Source of the DNA: an uncultured Nitrospiraceae bacterium
GTDB taxonomy: Bacteria; Nitrospirota; Nitrospiria; Nitrospirales; Nitrospiraceae
Assembly (NCBI GenBank): GCA_963730935.1
Contig: CAVSTP010000002.1
Span: 992,001 to 1,056,000, forward strand
DNA: 64,000 nucleotides
Direction of reading: 5' to 3'
Below the pieces are notes generated by a model. That model ran no database searches, had not been told where the DNA came from, and was given only the letters and a program-made list of their open reading frames with translations. Position 1 is the stretch's first letter, and the number at the start of each line of letters is the position of its first letter. Below, piece after piece: positions 50,164 through 60,880 of the stretch. Made by a program: the position numbers and the translations under genes.

Positions 50164-50451
50164 GTGAGCGTCATCATCGGGCTCTGCACGATCGAGCTTT
50201 TCATCGCCGACAGTCAATCGTTGAAAGACAAGCGGCAGGTCCTTCTGAGTCTGAAAGACCGACTGCGGCAGAAATTCAATCTGTCTGTGGCTGAAATCGA
50301 CGGCCAGGATCTGTGGCAGAAGGCGGTGCTGGCATTGGCCTGCGTCGCCAATGACGGGCGGCACGTGAACCAGGTGTTGGACCAAGCACTCAATCTGGTC
50401 AGAAGTCATACAGTTGTTGAGATCGTCCAGTCTCGAATCGAGTTGTTGTGA
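50164..50451 (+). CDS. DUF503 (YlxP) family protein
   Basis: SLKDKRQV, FNLSVAEI..QDLWQ; position between infB and rbfA. Confidence 0.9.
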   Translation: MSVIIGLCTIELFIADSQSLKDKRQVLLSLKDRLRQKFNLSVAEIDGQDLWQKAVLALACVANDGRHVNQVLDQALNLVRSHTVVEIVQSRIELL

Positions 50452-50503
50452 CGGTTCAAAGGCTTGTCATGGGCAATGGCAGGCCGATCAAGGGAGCTGG
50501 GCG

Positions 50504-50887
50504 ATGTCCAAGACGGGGTACAGCCGGGCCGAGCGCGTCGCCGATCAGATCCGCATCGAGGTGGCCGACATCCTGTTGCGGAAGATGCGGGACCCGCGTG
50601 TCCGCTCGGTGACGGTGACGGACGTGGAATTGACGAATGATCTGCGCATCGCCCGCGTCTTCGTCACGGCCTTGGGGAGCGAGGCGGAGACAAAGGATGT
50701 CTTTGCGGGGCTCAGCAAGGCCAGCGGTTTTGTCCGAAGCGAGCTGGGGCACCGGTTGACCCTGCGGTATCTCCCAGAGATCGTGTTCGTGAAGGACGTC
50801 AGCGGACCGCGCGGTGATCGTGTGCTGCAGTTGCTGGATGAGATTCATGAGAAAGCGGATGTCGAACCGGAGGAGCCTGCTTCGTAG
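50504..50887 (+). CDS. rbfA: Ribosome-binding factor A
   Basis: RAERVADQI, DPRV, DLRIARVFV, LRYLPEI; start ATG 50504. Confidence 0.95.
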   Translation: MSKTGYSRAERVADQIRIEVADILLRKMRDPRVRSVTVTDVELTNDLRIARVFVTALGSEAETKDVFAGLSKASGFVRSELGHRLTLRYLPEIVFVKDVSGPRGDRVLQLLDEIHEKADVEPEEPAS

Positions 50888-50899
50888 CGCAGAATCCCT

Positions 50900-51856
50900 A
50901 TGACTGCGACGGTGTCAAAATGTGAGGTGATGAACGGCGTCCTGGCTGTGAACAAGGAAGCCGGATGGACCTCGCATGACGTGGTTGCAAAGCTCCGGCA
51001 GCTGCTCGGAGGAGCGAAGGTTGGCCATGCCGGCACTTTGGATCCTGCCGCAACAGGCCTGCTGCCTCTCTTGATCGGGAAGGGCACTCGCATTGCGGAG
51101 TATCTCGTTGAATGGGACAAGGAGTACCACGCCCGGCTCCGCTTGGGAGAGACCACAGATACGCTGGATGCCACCGGCACCATCCTTGATCGTCACTCGA
51201 CACAACACCTCACGCATGCCGCGATCCTTGAAGCCGTAGGACGGTTCCGGGGAGCCATCGAGCAGGTGCCGCCGATGTATTCGGCAGTGAAAATAGACGG
51301 CGTGCCCTTATACCGCTCTGCTCGTGCCGGAAAAACGATTGCTCGAGCCGCCCGGACGGTCGTCATACAGGAATTGGATGTGCTGGATATCGCTGGCGGA
51401 CAGGACGTCGCACTCCGGGTGGTGTGCTCGAAGGGCACGTACATTCGGTCACTGTGTGCCGATATCGGTATGGCGTTGGGAGTCGGTGCCCATCTTCGGA
51501 CTTTGGAAAGGACCCGCGTGGGCCCGCTGAGTCTGAATCGGGCTCTCACCGTCGACGCGATCATCCGCGATCATCATCTTGGCGCTTTGGCGGACCACGT
51601 GTGGTCGCTTGATGATGTGCTGCGGGATCTTCCGGTTGTGGTTGTCGACGCGCGAGCAGCCAACCGTGTGTGCCATGGAGCACCGGTGACGTGGTCAGAC
51701 GTCGTCCCGGCGATGGATGGTCGGCTGCAACTGAAAGCGGATATGGCTGTGCGCATTCATGATGGCAGCGGACGGTTATTGGCCGTGGGACGATTATCGG
51801 AGCCGTGCTCCGATCGGATTGCGGTAGAGAAAGTATTTGCGACAGTGTTGGAATGA
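50900..51856 (+). CDS. truB: tRNA pseudouridine(55) synthase
   Basis: KVGHAGTLDP, QVPPMYSAVK, CSKGTYIRSL. Confidence 0.96.
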   Translation: MTATVSKCEVMNGVLAVNKEAGWTSHDVVAKLRQLLGGAKVGHAGTLDPAATGLLPLLIGKGTRIAEYLVEWDKEYHARLRLGETTDTLDATGTILDRHSTQHLTHAAILEAVGRFRGAIEQVPPMYSAVKIDGVPLYRSARAGKTIARAARTVVIQELDVLDIAGGQDVALRVVCSKGTYIRSLCADIGMALGVGAHLRTLERTRVGPLSLNRALTVDAIIRDHHLGALADHVWSLDDVLRDLPVVVVDARAANRVCHGAPVTWSDVVPAMDGRLQLKADMAVRIHDGSGRLLAVGRLSEPCSDRIAVEKVFATVLE

Positions 51857-51885
51857 GCTAAAAGAAAAAGAAAGAGGAGAATCCA

Positions 51886-52155
51886 ATGGCTTTGTTGAAG
51901 GATGCGAAGGCCGAATTGATCAAACAGTATCGGCAGCATGACACCGATTCGGGGTCACCGGAGGTTCAGATCGCCGTGTTGACGAACCGGATCACCTATT
52001 TGACCGAACACTTCAAGCTCCATAAGAAGGATCATCACTCGCGGCGCGGGTTGCTGCAACTCGTGGGGCGCCGCCGGAGGTTGTTGGACTACCTCCGTGA
52101 CATCGACGATGCTCGGTACCGGGCGGTCATCGAGCGCTTGGGCATTCGAAAGTAA
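51886..52155 (+). CDS. rpsO: 30S ribosomal protein S15
   Basis: [22 protein letters not shown]. Confidence 0.98.
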   Translation: MALLKDAKAELIKQYRQHDTDSGSPEVQIAVLTNRITYLTEHFKLHKKDHHSRRGLLQLVGRRRRLLDYLRDIDDARYRAVIERLGIRK

Positions 52156-52292
52156 TCAAAGATCCTGCTGTCGCACACGTCGACAGCAGGCCACCGTCGC
52201 ACAGGTGAACACTGAAATGCGCTCGTCGTCGCTGGCGGCCCTCGAGCGTATCTCTGTGGGCATCTGTGGGGCACAACATGAGGAGACCATAG

Positions 52293-54413
52293 ATGGTACA
52301 CGTTGTTGAACTTGACGTCGCAGGGCGGACCCTGAGACTGGAAACAGGTCGGGTCGCCAAACAGGCTGACGGGTCGATCTGGGCATCGTACGGGGACACG
52401 GTGGTGCTTGCCACGGCAGTCGCGTCTCAAAACGCCAAACCTGGAGTGGACTTCCTTCCGCTGACCGTCGACTATCAGGAAAAGGCGTATGCTGCCGGAA
52501 AAATTCCTGGGGGCTACTTTAAGCGGGAAGGCCGCCCGTCTGAAAAGGAAGTGCTCACCAGCCGTTTGATCGACCGGCCGCTTCGTCCATTATTCCCCGA
52601 GGGGTATTACTTCGAGACGCAAGTCATCGCGGCCGTGCTGTCGTCCGATAGGACCGGCTCTTCGGATGTCATTGGGATTACCGCCGCTTCGGCCGCACTC
52701 GCGGTCTCCAACATTCCATTTCTCGGTCCCATCGCCGGTATCAAGATCGGGCGGGTCAACGGTCAATTCGTCGTTAACCCTGACCTCGAAACGCTGAAGA
52801 GCAGCGAACTGGATTTGGTCGTCGCCGGGACTGCCGACGCGGTCATGATGGTGGAAGCCGGAGCCAATGAGCTGCCCGAAGCGACTATGCTCGAAGCGAT
52901 CGAGCTCGCCCATGCCGAAATCAAGAAGATTGTGGCCAAGATCAATGAGCTGCGCGTGTTGTCCGGCAACAAATCGAAGCGTACGGTGGCCACCGAAGAG
53001 ATTGCTCTCGATCTTACGTCGCAGGTGAAAGCCCTCGTGGCACAGGGCATTCGAGACGCAATCATGATTCCCAACAAGACCGCGAGGCAAGAGCGGCTCG
53101 ACTTGATCCTCAAGGGTGCCATTGAAAAGCTCAAGCAGCCGGATGACCCCAATCGAGAGCGCCATATCAAAATCGTATTCCATGGCTTGGAGTACACTGA
53201 AGTCCGGAACATGATTCTTGAGAAAGGGTCACGTGCCGACGGGCGTGGGCCGGCGGATATTCGGCCGATCACCTCGGAGGTCGGTGTGCTACCACGCACT
53301 CATGGCTCCGCACTGTTTACGAGGGGAGAAACGCAAAGCTTGGCCGTCGTGACCTTGGGCACGACGGATGACGAGCAACGGATCGACGCCTTGGAGGGTG
53401 AATACACCCGGACCTTTATGCTCCATTACAACTTTCCCCCCTTCAGCGTGGGTGAAGCCAGGCCGCTCCGTTCGCCGGGCCGTCGGGAAGTCGGCCATGG
53501 AGCGCTGGCCGAGCGTGCGCTGAAGCCGGTGATTCCCAGCAAAGACCAGTTTCCATACACGCTGCGCATCGTATCCGATATCCTGGAGTCTAACGGCTCG
53601 TCTTCCATGGCGACCGTCTGCGGTGGAACTCTGGCGATGATGGATGCGGGTGTGCCGATCAAAGAGCCGGTGGCCGGCATCGCGATGGGACTGATCAAGG
53701 AACAGGATCGCGTCATGATCCTGTCCGATATTCTGGGATTGGAAGATCATCTGGGCGATATGGATTTCAAAGTCTGCGGAACCAGGCGCGGCGTCACGGC
53801 CCTCCAAATGGACATTAAGATCGGCGGCATCACGCCGACCTTGATGCATCAGGCGCTGGAGCAGGCGAAGGCCGGCCGGTTGCACATTCTCAGCTGCATG
53901 CAGAAAGCCCTCGAAGCGCCGAGAGGCAATATGTCGGCGTTCGCCCCGCGCATTTACACGATGAAGGTAAAGCAGGACAAGATCCGCGAAGTCATTGGCC
54001 CCGGCGGGAAAATGATCCGCGGCATTCAGGCGGATTGCGGTGTAAAGATCAACATCGAAGACAGCGGCATCGTCACCATCGCGTCAGTGGACAACGCCTC
54101 GCTGGAAAAAGCGAAGGAAATGATCAACCGGATCGTTGAAGAGGTGGAAATCGGCAAGACCTATCTCGGCACCGTGCGGAAAATTATGGACTTCGGCGCA
54201 TTCGTGGAGGTGCTGCCGGGAACCGACGGGCTCGTCCATATTTCCCAGTTGGCGCATCACCGTGTCAAATCCGTGGCCGATGAAGTGTCGGAGGGAGATC
54301 AGATCCTCGTGAAGGTGCTGGAAATCGACCGTCAGGGAAAGATTCGGCTCAGTCGCAAGGAAACCATGCCGGCTCCCACCGGCGCAGGCACCCAAGACCA
54401 GACGTCCGGGTAG
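52293..54413 (+). CDS. pnp: Polyribonucleotide nucleotidyltransferase
   Basis: [33 protein letters not shown] and S1 domains. Confidence 0.98.
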   Translation: MVHVVELDVAGRTLRLETGRVAKQADGSIWASYGDTVVLATAVASQNAKPGVDFLPLTVDYQEKAYAAGKIPGGYFKREGRPSEKEVLTSRLIDRPLRPLFPEGYYFETQVIAAVLSSDRTGSSDVIGITAASAALAVSNIPFLGPIAGIKIGRVNGQFVVNPDLETLKSSELDLVVAGTADAVMMVEAGANELPEATMLEAIELAHAEIKKIVAKINELRVLSGNKSKRTVATEEIALDLTSQVKALVAQGIRDAIMIPNKTARQERLDLILKGAIEKLKQPDDPNRERHIKIVFHGLEYTEVRNMILEKGSRADGRGPADIRPITSEVGVLPRTHGSALFTRGETQSLAVVTLGTTDDEQRIDALEGEYTRTFMLHYNFPPFSVGEARPLRSPGRREVGHGALAERALKPVIPSKDQFPYTLRIVSDILESNGSSSMATVCGGTLAMMDAGVPIKEPVAGIAMGLIKEQDRVMILSDILGLEDHLGDMDFKVCGTRRGVTALQMDIKIGGITPTLMHQALEQAKAGRLHILSCMQKALEAPRGNMSAFAPRIYTMKVKQDKIREVIGPGGKMIRGIQADCGVKINIEDSGIVTIASVDNASLEKAKEMINRIVEEVEIGKTYLGTVRKIMDFGAFVEVLPGTDGLVHISQLAHHRVKSVADEVSEGDQILVKVLEIDRQGKIRLSRKETMPAPTGAGTQDQTSG

Positions 54414-54417
54414 CATC

Positions 54418-55671
54418 TTGTACCGCAAGCTCGTGTTGGACAATGGCATGCGGGTGGTGACCGAGCGCATTCCGACGCTCAAGTCCGTCACGGTCGGCAT
54501 TTGGGTCAATACCGGATCCCGTGACGAACAACCCGCCCAGGCCGGCTACTCCCATTTCATCGAACATATGTTCTTCAAGGGCACACGCTCGCGTTCGGCC
54601 ACGGAGATTTCCCGTGAAATCGACGGCCTCGGCGGCGAGATGAATGCCTTTACTACCCGCGAGACGACGACCTTCTACGTCAAAGTTCTTGATCAACAGC
54701 TGCAGCAGGCCCTCGAACTCTTGGCGGATCTGTTTCACCATTCACGTTTCGACTCCAAGGAAGTCGAAAAGGAAAAGCAGGTCGTCCTCGAGGAAATCCG
54801 CATGGTGCAGGATGACCCGGAGGATCTCGTGCAGGAACTGCACACCGGTCAAGTCTTGGGACGCCATCCGCTCGGCCGATCGATCCTAGGCCGTGCAGAG
54901 ACGATTCAGAGTCTAAAGCGACCGGACCTCTTGGGCTACCTCGATGCGCATTACGATCCCGGCCAGATTGTGATTGCCATTGCCGGCAATTTCGAGCAGG
55001 CGGCGGTGGAACGGTTGGTCGCACGCTTCTTCGGCAAAAAGAAGCCTCTGAATGGCCTTTCAAGGCCCGTGCGCCGGCCACCGGAAGTTCATGGCGGTGT
55101 CCTCGTCAAGCGTAAGCCCTTGGAGCAGGTGCATCTGTGCGTTGGGCTAAAAGGAGTCGCCGCCGGACATCGACACCGATACGCCGCGTACGCGCTCAAC
55201 AGCGTCCTGGGCGGAAGTATGAGTTCGCGGTTGTTCCAAGAAATACGTGAAAAACGCGGCCTCGCCTATTCGATCTATTCGTTTCTGTCAGGCTATTCGG
55301 ACATCGGCACGATCACCGTCTACGCGGCGACCCGACCGAAGGAAGTCGAGCGCGTGGTTGATCTTGTGTGCCGCGAGATCACGCGGATCAGCAAGCATGG
55401 CATTGAACGCAAAGAACTCGACCGAGCAAAAAATCAAATGAAAGGCAGTCTGATGCTCAGCCTGGAGAGCTCGCACAGCCGGATGAGCAAGCTGGCGAAA
55501 GATGAGCTCATCTATGGCAGGCGCACGTCACTCGAAGAGATGTTGACGCACATCGATCGGGTGACCGTCGATCAAGTCTCGACGGTTGGACGCGAACTTT
55601 TTGGAATGACGCATCTCGCAATCACTGGATTAGGCCCACTCTCGGCACGAGCCCTTCACGCCTATAGATGA
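54418..55671 (+). CDS. M16 family zinc peptidase
   Basis: HFIEH inverted zincin motif, NAFT, SSRLFQEIREKRGLAY. Confidence 0.93.
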   Translation: MYRKLVLDNGMRVVTERIPTLKSVTVGIWVNTGSRDEQPAQAGYSHFIEHMFFKGTRSRSATEISREIDGLGGEMNAFTTRETTTFYVKVLDQQLQQALELLADLFHHSRFDSKEVEKEKQVVLEEIRMVQDDPEDLVQELHTGQVLGRHPLGRSILGRAETIQSLKRPDLLGYLDAHYDPGQIVIAIAGNFEQAAVERLVARFFGKKKPLNGLSRPVRRPPEVHGGVLVKRKPLEQVHLCVGLKGVAAGHRHRYAAYALNSVLGGSMSSRLFQEIREKRGLAYSIYSFLSGYSDIGTITVYAATRPKEVERVVDLVCREITRISKHGIERKELDRAKNQMKGSLMLSLESSHSRMSKLAKDELIYGRRTSLEEMLTHIDRVTVDQVSTVGRELFGMTHLAITGLGPLSARALHAYR

Positions 55672-55802
55672 GAAGTTTCTAATAGATCGACCAAACCCGG
55701 GAAAACTGACACCGCCAACGCGCCTAGTGGCATTCTGCAAGACGTTGGTTTTTAAAAAGAAAGTGTTGATTTTTCCAAAATATCCACAGGACAAACATTT
55801 TC

Positions 55803-55832
55803 TTGACTCGCTTTCACATTTTTCAGTACCAT
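55803..55832 (+). promoter_or_regulatory. Putative sigma70 promoter with AT-rich upstream region
   Basis: TTGACT-N18-TACCAT. Confidence 0.6.
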
Positions 55833-56015
55833 GGCCGCGTTTTCACTGGAAGACTCTTTCACCGGCGAATGCGGCGTGAGAGCCACAGAACAAGGAGGTG
55901 ACAAAAGCCTGCTCTCCTGTCGCCGAGTCGTCATAACACGTTACATATTCATCGTCCTTAAATGAGCCCGTTCATCGGTTTTGTGTTGGTCATTTTTATG
56001 AAGGAGGGATTTGGT

Positions 56016-56534
56016 ATGAAAAGGGTCGTACTTCTAGCCGTAGTTGCAGTGTTTTCTGTGCTCGGCTTGGTGACGGCTGAGTTTGCCGCCGCTGCAGATG
56101 CTCCGGGCGGTCCTACGGGTCCCACCGACATTATTGTCGGAGGAAAGCCGCTCAAAGGTGAAGTCACCAAAACTCTTAAGGGTCGTGTGTGGTCACAATG
56201 GGCCGATAATCCGGACGGCGAACTCCTCTTCGGCATCCAGTACTGGAACACCGGTGAACCGGCCTCCGGGACCCCTGCCGGCCGGTCCTCCACCGATCTC
56301 GACGTGAAGCCGCCCGATCCATTGTTTGTGTGCTGCGCCTGGGGATTTACTGGCGGGACGGAAAGAAACAACCCCTATGCCGGCTGGTACCATGCCGCCA
56401 CCACGGTTCGTCTCGCGGTCAAGGACAAGGCATTGATGGACCAGATCATTAAGGCCTCGCAGGAACTGGTTGCGATGGAAGTCAGCCTTGATGGCCGGAC
56501 GATCACCGGATTCAAGCTCCTCAAGGGTGACTAA
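56016..56534 (+). CDS. Exported hypothetical protein with vicinal Cys
   Basis: AAGGAGG RBS; signal peptide ending AAA; CCAW. Confidence 0.8.
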   Translation: MKRVVLLAVVAVFSVLGLVTAEFAAAADAPGGPTGPTDIIVGGKPLKGEVTKTLKGRVWSQWADNPDGELLFGIQYWNTGEPASGTPAGRSSTDLDVKPPDPLFVCCAWGFTGGTERNNPYAGWYHAATTVRLAVKDKALMDQIIKASQELVAMEVSLDGRTITGFKLLKGD

Positions 56535-56582
56535 ACTTCGACGAGATTTCATACTTTCATACTGTTGAAGGAGGATGCGATT

Positions 56583-57239
56583 ATGAAGTTTCATATGAAA
56601 GGCTGGGCCCTCGCGGCCGCCGTTGCGCTGGTGGTCTCGATCGCCTCCACCGCCATGGCGATCGAATCGTTTCAAGAGCGTTTCGAATGGGGGGACATGA
56701 GCAAGCCGACGACCCTCCAGGGCCGCGTGATCGTCCTCGATCCCTATGATGAAGCCGTGTGGATCAACATTGCTGTATTCGGCGGCAATGCGGAGAGCGG
56801 CCTCTTTTGGCAAAAGGTCCATCCGGGGAAGAATCTGAAGTTTTACGCCGACAAGGGCGCCTGGGAAGAACTCAAAAAGATGGGCCGAGTGCATGCCGGA
56901 CCGGCAGCGGCCAAGGAAGTGCCTCCGGGCAGCACGACCGACTTGATCGAGTTCACGGCGGTCGAGACGGAGCAGAATCACCGCGTCATTACTGCGGTCA
57001 AGAAGCTTCCGGAAGTTGCGGGCGCCCCCGGCAAGACGATGAGCATTTCGGCGCTTCGGCTGAAGGATTGCGCCGGGAAGAACGAGGCGGAGCCTGGTTG
57101 TGCGGCAGCCAAGCAGGGATTGAACACCTCACCGAAGGGTGCAGACTCTGTTCCCATGCAGTACGACGTCCTGACTCCGGACAAGAAGCCGATCGGCGGC
57201 CTGATCCCCTGGACGGCAAAGTACAACACCGGTAAGTAA
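56583..57239 (+). CDS. Exported hypothetical protein
   Basis: AAGGAGG RBS; signal peptide ending AMA; Cys pair near C-terminus. Confidence 0.8.
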   Translation: MKFHMKGWALAAAVALVVSIASTAMAIESFQERFEWGDMSKPTTLQGRVIVLDPYDEAVWINIAVFGGNAESGLFWQKVHPGKNLKFYADKGAWEELKKMGRVHAGPAAAKEVPPGSTTDLIEFTAVETEQNHRVITAVKKLPEVAGAPGKTMSISALRLKDCAGKNEAEPGCAAAKQGLNTSPKGADSVPMQYDVLTPDKKPIGGLIPWTAKYNTGK

Positions 57240-57263
57240 ACTCCGGTTCATTCAGCCACGAAT

Positions 57264-57305
57264 AAAAAACGGCGGTAGCTCGAAAGAGCTATCGTCGTTT
57301 TTCTT
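57264..57305. terminator. Probable bidirectional terminator
   Basis: A-tract, ACGGCGGTAGCT...AGCTATCGTCGT stem, T-tract; lies between convergent genes. Confidence 0.75.
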
Positions 57306-57319
57306 TGACTGCGAAGCGC

Positions 57320-59932
57320 CTATCCTGAATCCGCAGCGCGTTTCTGAAGATCTGCTAAGCGATTGAGCGCATCGAGCGGCGTCAGAGAGAAGAGGTCAAT
57401 TTGCCTGACTTCGTCGATGAGCGGATGGGGCTGCGGAAGTGTCGCACGCGAAGGGTCGTCCTGAGGTTTGAGATCAGTCGTCGAGCGCTCCAGTTGTGCT
57501 AACACGTCCTGTGCGCGGGTGATCATCGACGGCGGCAGGCCCGCCAGTTTTGCGACATGGATCCCATAGCTTCGGTCAGCGCCGCCCGGCACAATTTTCC
57601 TGAGAAACACCACGTCCCCATCGCGTTCTTGCACAGCAACCCGATAATTGCGGATGCCGTCCCGCAGCGATTCCAATTGCGTCATCTCGTGATAGTGCGT
57701 GGCAAACAGGGTTCGTGCGCCCAGGTGCTGCTGGTCGTGAATGTACTCGGCCATGGCCCAGGCGATGCTCAATCCATCATAGGTGCTCGTTCCGCGTCCG
57801 ATTTCATCCAAGAGGATCAGGCTGCGCTTGCTGGCACAGTTGAGAATCTGCGCACTTTCAGTCATTTCGACCATAAAGGTGCTCTGCCCGGCAGCAAGGT
57901 TGTCGGATGCTCCCACCCGCGTGAAAATGCGGTCTACGAGCCCGACGTGAGCCTCTGTTGCGGGAACGAAGCTGCCGATTTGAGCGAGCAGCACGATGAG
58001 TGCGACCTGGCGTAAGTACGTGCTCTTGCCCGCCATGTTTGGTCCGGTCAAAATCACCAAGCGGTTCTGATCATCGTCCATGAGAGTGTCGTTGGGTACG
58101 AACGCCAGGTCGGGGCTCAGTTGTTCGACGACAGGGTGACGGCCGGCGAGAATGCGAAGGAGGCCGGACTCATCGATCGTGGGCCGGACATAACGATTCA
58201 AGGCGGCCGTTTCTGCTAGCCCGGCCAACACATCGATCAGTGCGAGCGACTGGGCCATGCTTTGCAGGCGCGAGCCCTGGCACGCAAGCCGCTGTCGCAG
58301 CTGGACAAACAGCTCCTCCTCCAAGGCAAGGAGCTTCGACTCGGCGCTCGTGACGCGCTCTTCCAATTCCTTGAGCTCCTGGGTCATGAACCGCTCGGCA
58401 TTCACCAGTGTTTGCTTGCGGACGAAGTCGGCTGGCACTTTCAAGAGATTGGCTTTGGTGATTTCGATGTAATAGCCGAACACCTGGTTGTAGCGGATCT
58501 TCAAGGAATCGATCCCTGTGCGTTCTCGTTCTTTGGATTCGAGCGACGCCATCCAGTCTTTCCCTTCCGCACGGGCTTTGCGCAGCTCGTCGACTCCTGG
58601 GTGATACCCTGCTCGAATCACGTTGCCTTCGCGGAGGGCTAAGGGGGCTTCTGGGTTGATGGCCGATTCAATCAGATCATACATATCCCGGCAGTCATCC
58701 CACTGTTCGCGCTGTGCGGCCAGCAGGGCAGCGCGGCAAGGCGCCAACTGTTCGCGCAACTCCGGCAGCGCGCTCACGGAATCCTTCAAGGCCAGCAACT
58801 CCCGTGGGCCGGCCAGACCCAATGTCAACCGGGTGCTCAGACGGGCGATGTCCTGAATTGTGCGGAGGGCTGTTCGGATCGCTACGCGTTGCGCGAGGCG
58901 TTCCTTGAGGTCGGCGACCGCGTCCAGTCTGGCGCGCAGTGCATCACCATCGATCAACGGTCTCAGGAGCCACTCGCGGAGCAGACGGCTTCCCATGGCG
59001 GTGCTGGTTCGATCGATCACTGAAAGGAGAGTGGGGGACCGGCCGGAGCCATCCTCTCCCTGTGCCAGAGGACGTACGAGCTCGAGGTTCCGGATGGTGG
59101 CGCTATCCAAATGCATCGCTTCGGTGCTCCGGCGCCGGTACAGGCGCCGAACGTGGTCCGGTGCAGCAGCGGGCTGAGTTTCGCGGAAATAACGCCAGAC
59201 TGCCCCGGCAGCTCCCAAAGCCGCCGTTAGATCATGGCAGCCGAATCCGTCCAAGGATTGAACGCCAAAGTGTCTGGTCAGCGCCTTGGAGGCTTCCTGC
59301 CGATCGAACCAAGACGTCGCGCACTCGCATACTCTCATGCCTTGGAGCTGTGAGCGAAGCCATGTCGCCGTCTCATCGGTGTCTGCATGAAGCAATTCCC
59401 TCGGTTGCAACCGCGCCAACTCGTCGACGAGTGGCTGATCGGCTCCCTCGTCTTCCATCACCCAGAATTCGCCCGTCGTGACATCGAGGGCTGCCAGTCC
59501 CCAGCATTGACGGCCTCCTCTGCGCTCCACTCGAGCGATGGCGGCAAGGAAACTGGATTCACCGGGATCGAGAAATTCGGTGTCGACGAGTGTCCCTGGT
59601 GTGTAAAGACGCACGACCTCGCGACGCACAAGCCCTTTCGCCAGTTTCGGATCTTCCACCTGTTCACATAAGGCGACGGTTCGTCCGGCTTTCAGCAATT
59701 TGGCAATGTAGCCTTGGGCCGCGTGATAGGGTACGCCGCACAGGGGAACGGGATCGGCACTCGACTTGTCGCGGGAGGTCAGAGCAATGGACAGCAATTT
59801 CGAGGCGGCTCCGGCGTCCTCATAGAACATTTCGTAGAAATCGCCGACGCGGAAGAAGAGAATGGCTTCTGAGTAGCCTCGTTTGATCTCGCGGTATTGC
59901 CGCATCAACGGCGTATCATCGTGCTCACTCAT
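57320..59932 (-). CDS. mutS: DNA mismatch repair protein MutS
   Basis: TPLMRQY, FRVGDFYEMF, TGPNMAGKST, DEIGRGTSTYDG. Confidence 0.98.
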   Translation of the reverse strand: MSEHDDTPLMRQYREIKRGYSEAILFFRVGDFYEMFYEDAGAASKLLSIALTSRDKSSADPVPLCGVPYHAAQGYIAKLLKAGRTVALCEQVEDPKLAKGLVRREVVRLYTPGTLVDTEFLDPGESSFLAAIARVERRGGRQCWGLAALDVTTGEFWVMEDEGADQPLVDELARLQPRELLHADTDETATWLRSQLQGMRVCECATSWFDRQEASKALTRHFGVQSLDGFGCHDLTAALGAAGAVWRYFRETQPAAAPDHVRRLYRRRSTEAMHLDSATIRNLELVRPLAQGEDGSGRSPTLLSVIDRTSTAMGSRLLREWLLRPLIDGDALRARLDAVADLKERLAQRVAIRTALRTIQDIARLSTRLTLGLAGPRELLALKDSVSALPELREQLAPCRAALLAAQREQWDDCRDMYDLIESAINPEAPLALREGNVIRAGYHPGVDELRKARAEGKDWMASLESKERERTGIDSLKIRYNQVFGYYIEITKANLLKVPADFVRKQTLVNAERFMTQELKELEERVTSAESKLLALEEELFVQLRQRLACQGSRLQSMAQSLALIDVLAGLAETAALNRYVRPTIDESGLLRILAGRHPVVEQLSPDLAFVPNDTLMDDDQNRLVILTGPNMAGKSTYLRQVALIVLLAQIGSFVPATEAHVGLVDRIFTRVGASDNLAAGQSTFMVEMTESAQILNCASKRSLILLDEIGRGTSTYDGLSIAWAMAEYIHDQQHLGARTLFATHYHEMTQLESLRDGIRNYRVAVQERDGDVVFLRKIVPGGADRSYGIHVAKLAGLPPSMITRAQDVLAQLERSTTDLKPQDDPSRATLPQPHPLIDEVRQIDLFSLTPLDALNRLADLQKRAADSG

Positions 59933-60272
59933 CGGAGCTTTCTCTCAGAGGGACGTCTCCGGGCACCGGCGGTGCCGTTCGGCCGGTCAGTTTCTCGAGC
60001 GAATGGCGGAGGCGTTCCAGGTCCACTTCGGCTTCCTGTAAGGCCTTGGTTTTTCGGCGCAGCTCAATACGGCCTTTTACCCATGGCGGGAACAGGAGGA
60101 TGACGGAGACCAGCAGGCCGACGCCGAACCCCGCCAAGATCGGCTTGTAAATCGGTGTCGAGGCCTCGAACAACCCGAAGAAATAACGGAGAGTGACTTC
60201 TTGTTCCTGATTTTGGAGGAAAAAGGCCAGACACAACAACAGCAGCGTGCCGACAAGAATGACACGAATCAT
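59925..60272 (-). CDS. LapA family membrane protein
   Basis: FFLQNQEQEVTLRYFFG, two TM helices, coiled-coil tail. Confidence 0.75.
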   Translation of the reverse strand: MIRVILVGTLLLLCLAFFLQNQEQEVTLRYFFGLFEASTPIYKPILAGFGVGLLVSVILLFPPWVKGRIELRRKTKALQEAEVDLERLRHSLEKLTGRTAPPVPGDVPLRESSDE

Positions 60273-60880
60273 GAGGGTGATTTTCCCTTCAGGTTCCGCC
60301 GCGGCCGCCCGGAGCGGGGACGTCTTTTCGGAAGCATCGTAGAGTGTTTGATTCGAGCCAACAACGCAGCAGACAGCGGTCCGGTGGCCGTGAATCGAAT
60401 ACTTCTACTCTGAACCGTCTGATGGCGCAACTCCATTTCGAGGCGGTCGTCCGGCAGGATCCCAGGGGCCCTGTCGGCCCATTCGACCGCAACGACGGTT
60501 GCTCCGGAGAGGTAATCTCCGAGTCCAATGGTCTCAGCTTCTTTCCTCGAGTTCAGACGGTACAGATCGATATGTGCCAGGGGAAGCCGACCGCGGTATT
60601 CGTGCAGGAGAACGAAGGTTGGACTGCTGACGGCTTCGGCGGGCGCACCGAGCCCTGCGGCAATGCCTCGGACAAGCGCAGTTTTGCCTGTTCCCAAGGC
60701 ACCTGACAGCGCCAGGGATTCTCCTCCCTCGAGCGCTGAGCCGATGGCGCGGCCCAACCGATCCGTGTGTCGCGACGAGGGCAGCGACTGGCGCCAGACC
60801 CGACTCGTTGGCAGAATAGCCCGGGGAAACGCCCGAGCCGGTTGGGCTCGTCTTTTAGCCGGCGACCGTTTGAATGGCAT
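60269..60880 (-). CDS. tsaE: tRNA threonylcarbamoyladenosine biosynthesis ATPase
   Basis: GALGTGKT, VSSPTF, HIDLYRL, VEWAD; start uncertain. Confidence 0.93.
   Translation of the reverse strand: MPFKRSPAKRRAQPARAFPRAILPTSRVWRQSLPSSRHTDRLGRAIGSALEGGESLALSGALGTGKTALVRGIAAGLGAPAEAVSSPTFVLLHEYRGRLPLAHIDLYRLNSRKEAETIGLGDYLSGATVVAVEWADRAPGILPDDRLEMELRHQTVQSRSIRFTATGPLSAALLARIKHSTMLPKRRPRSGRPRRNLKGKSPS

Noticed and set aside
51857..51885. S15 autoregulatory leader
   Set aside because: Only a 29-bp purine-rich spacer with no room for the structure.
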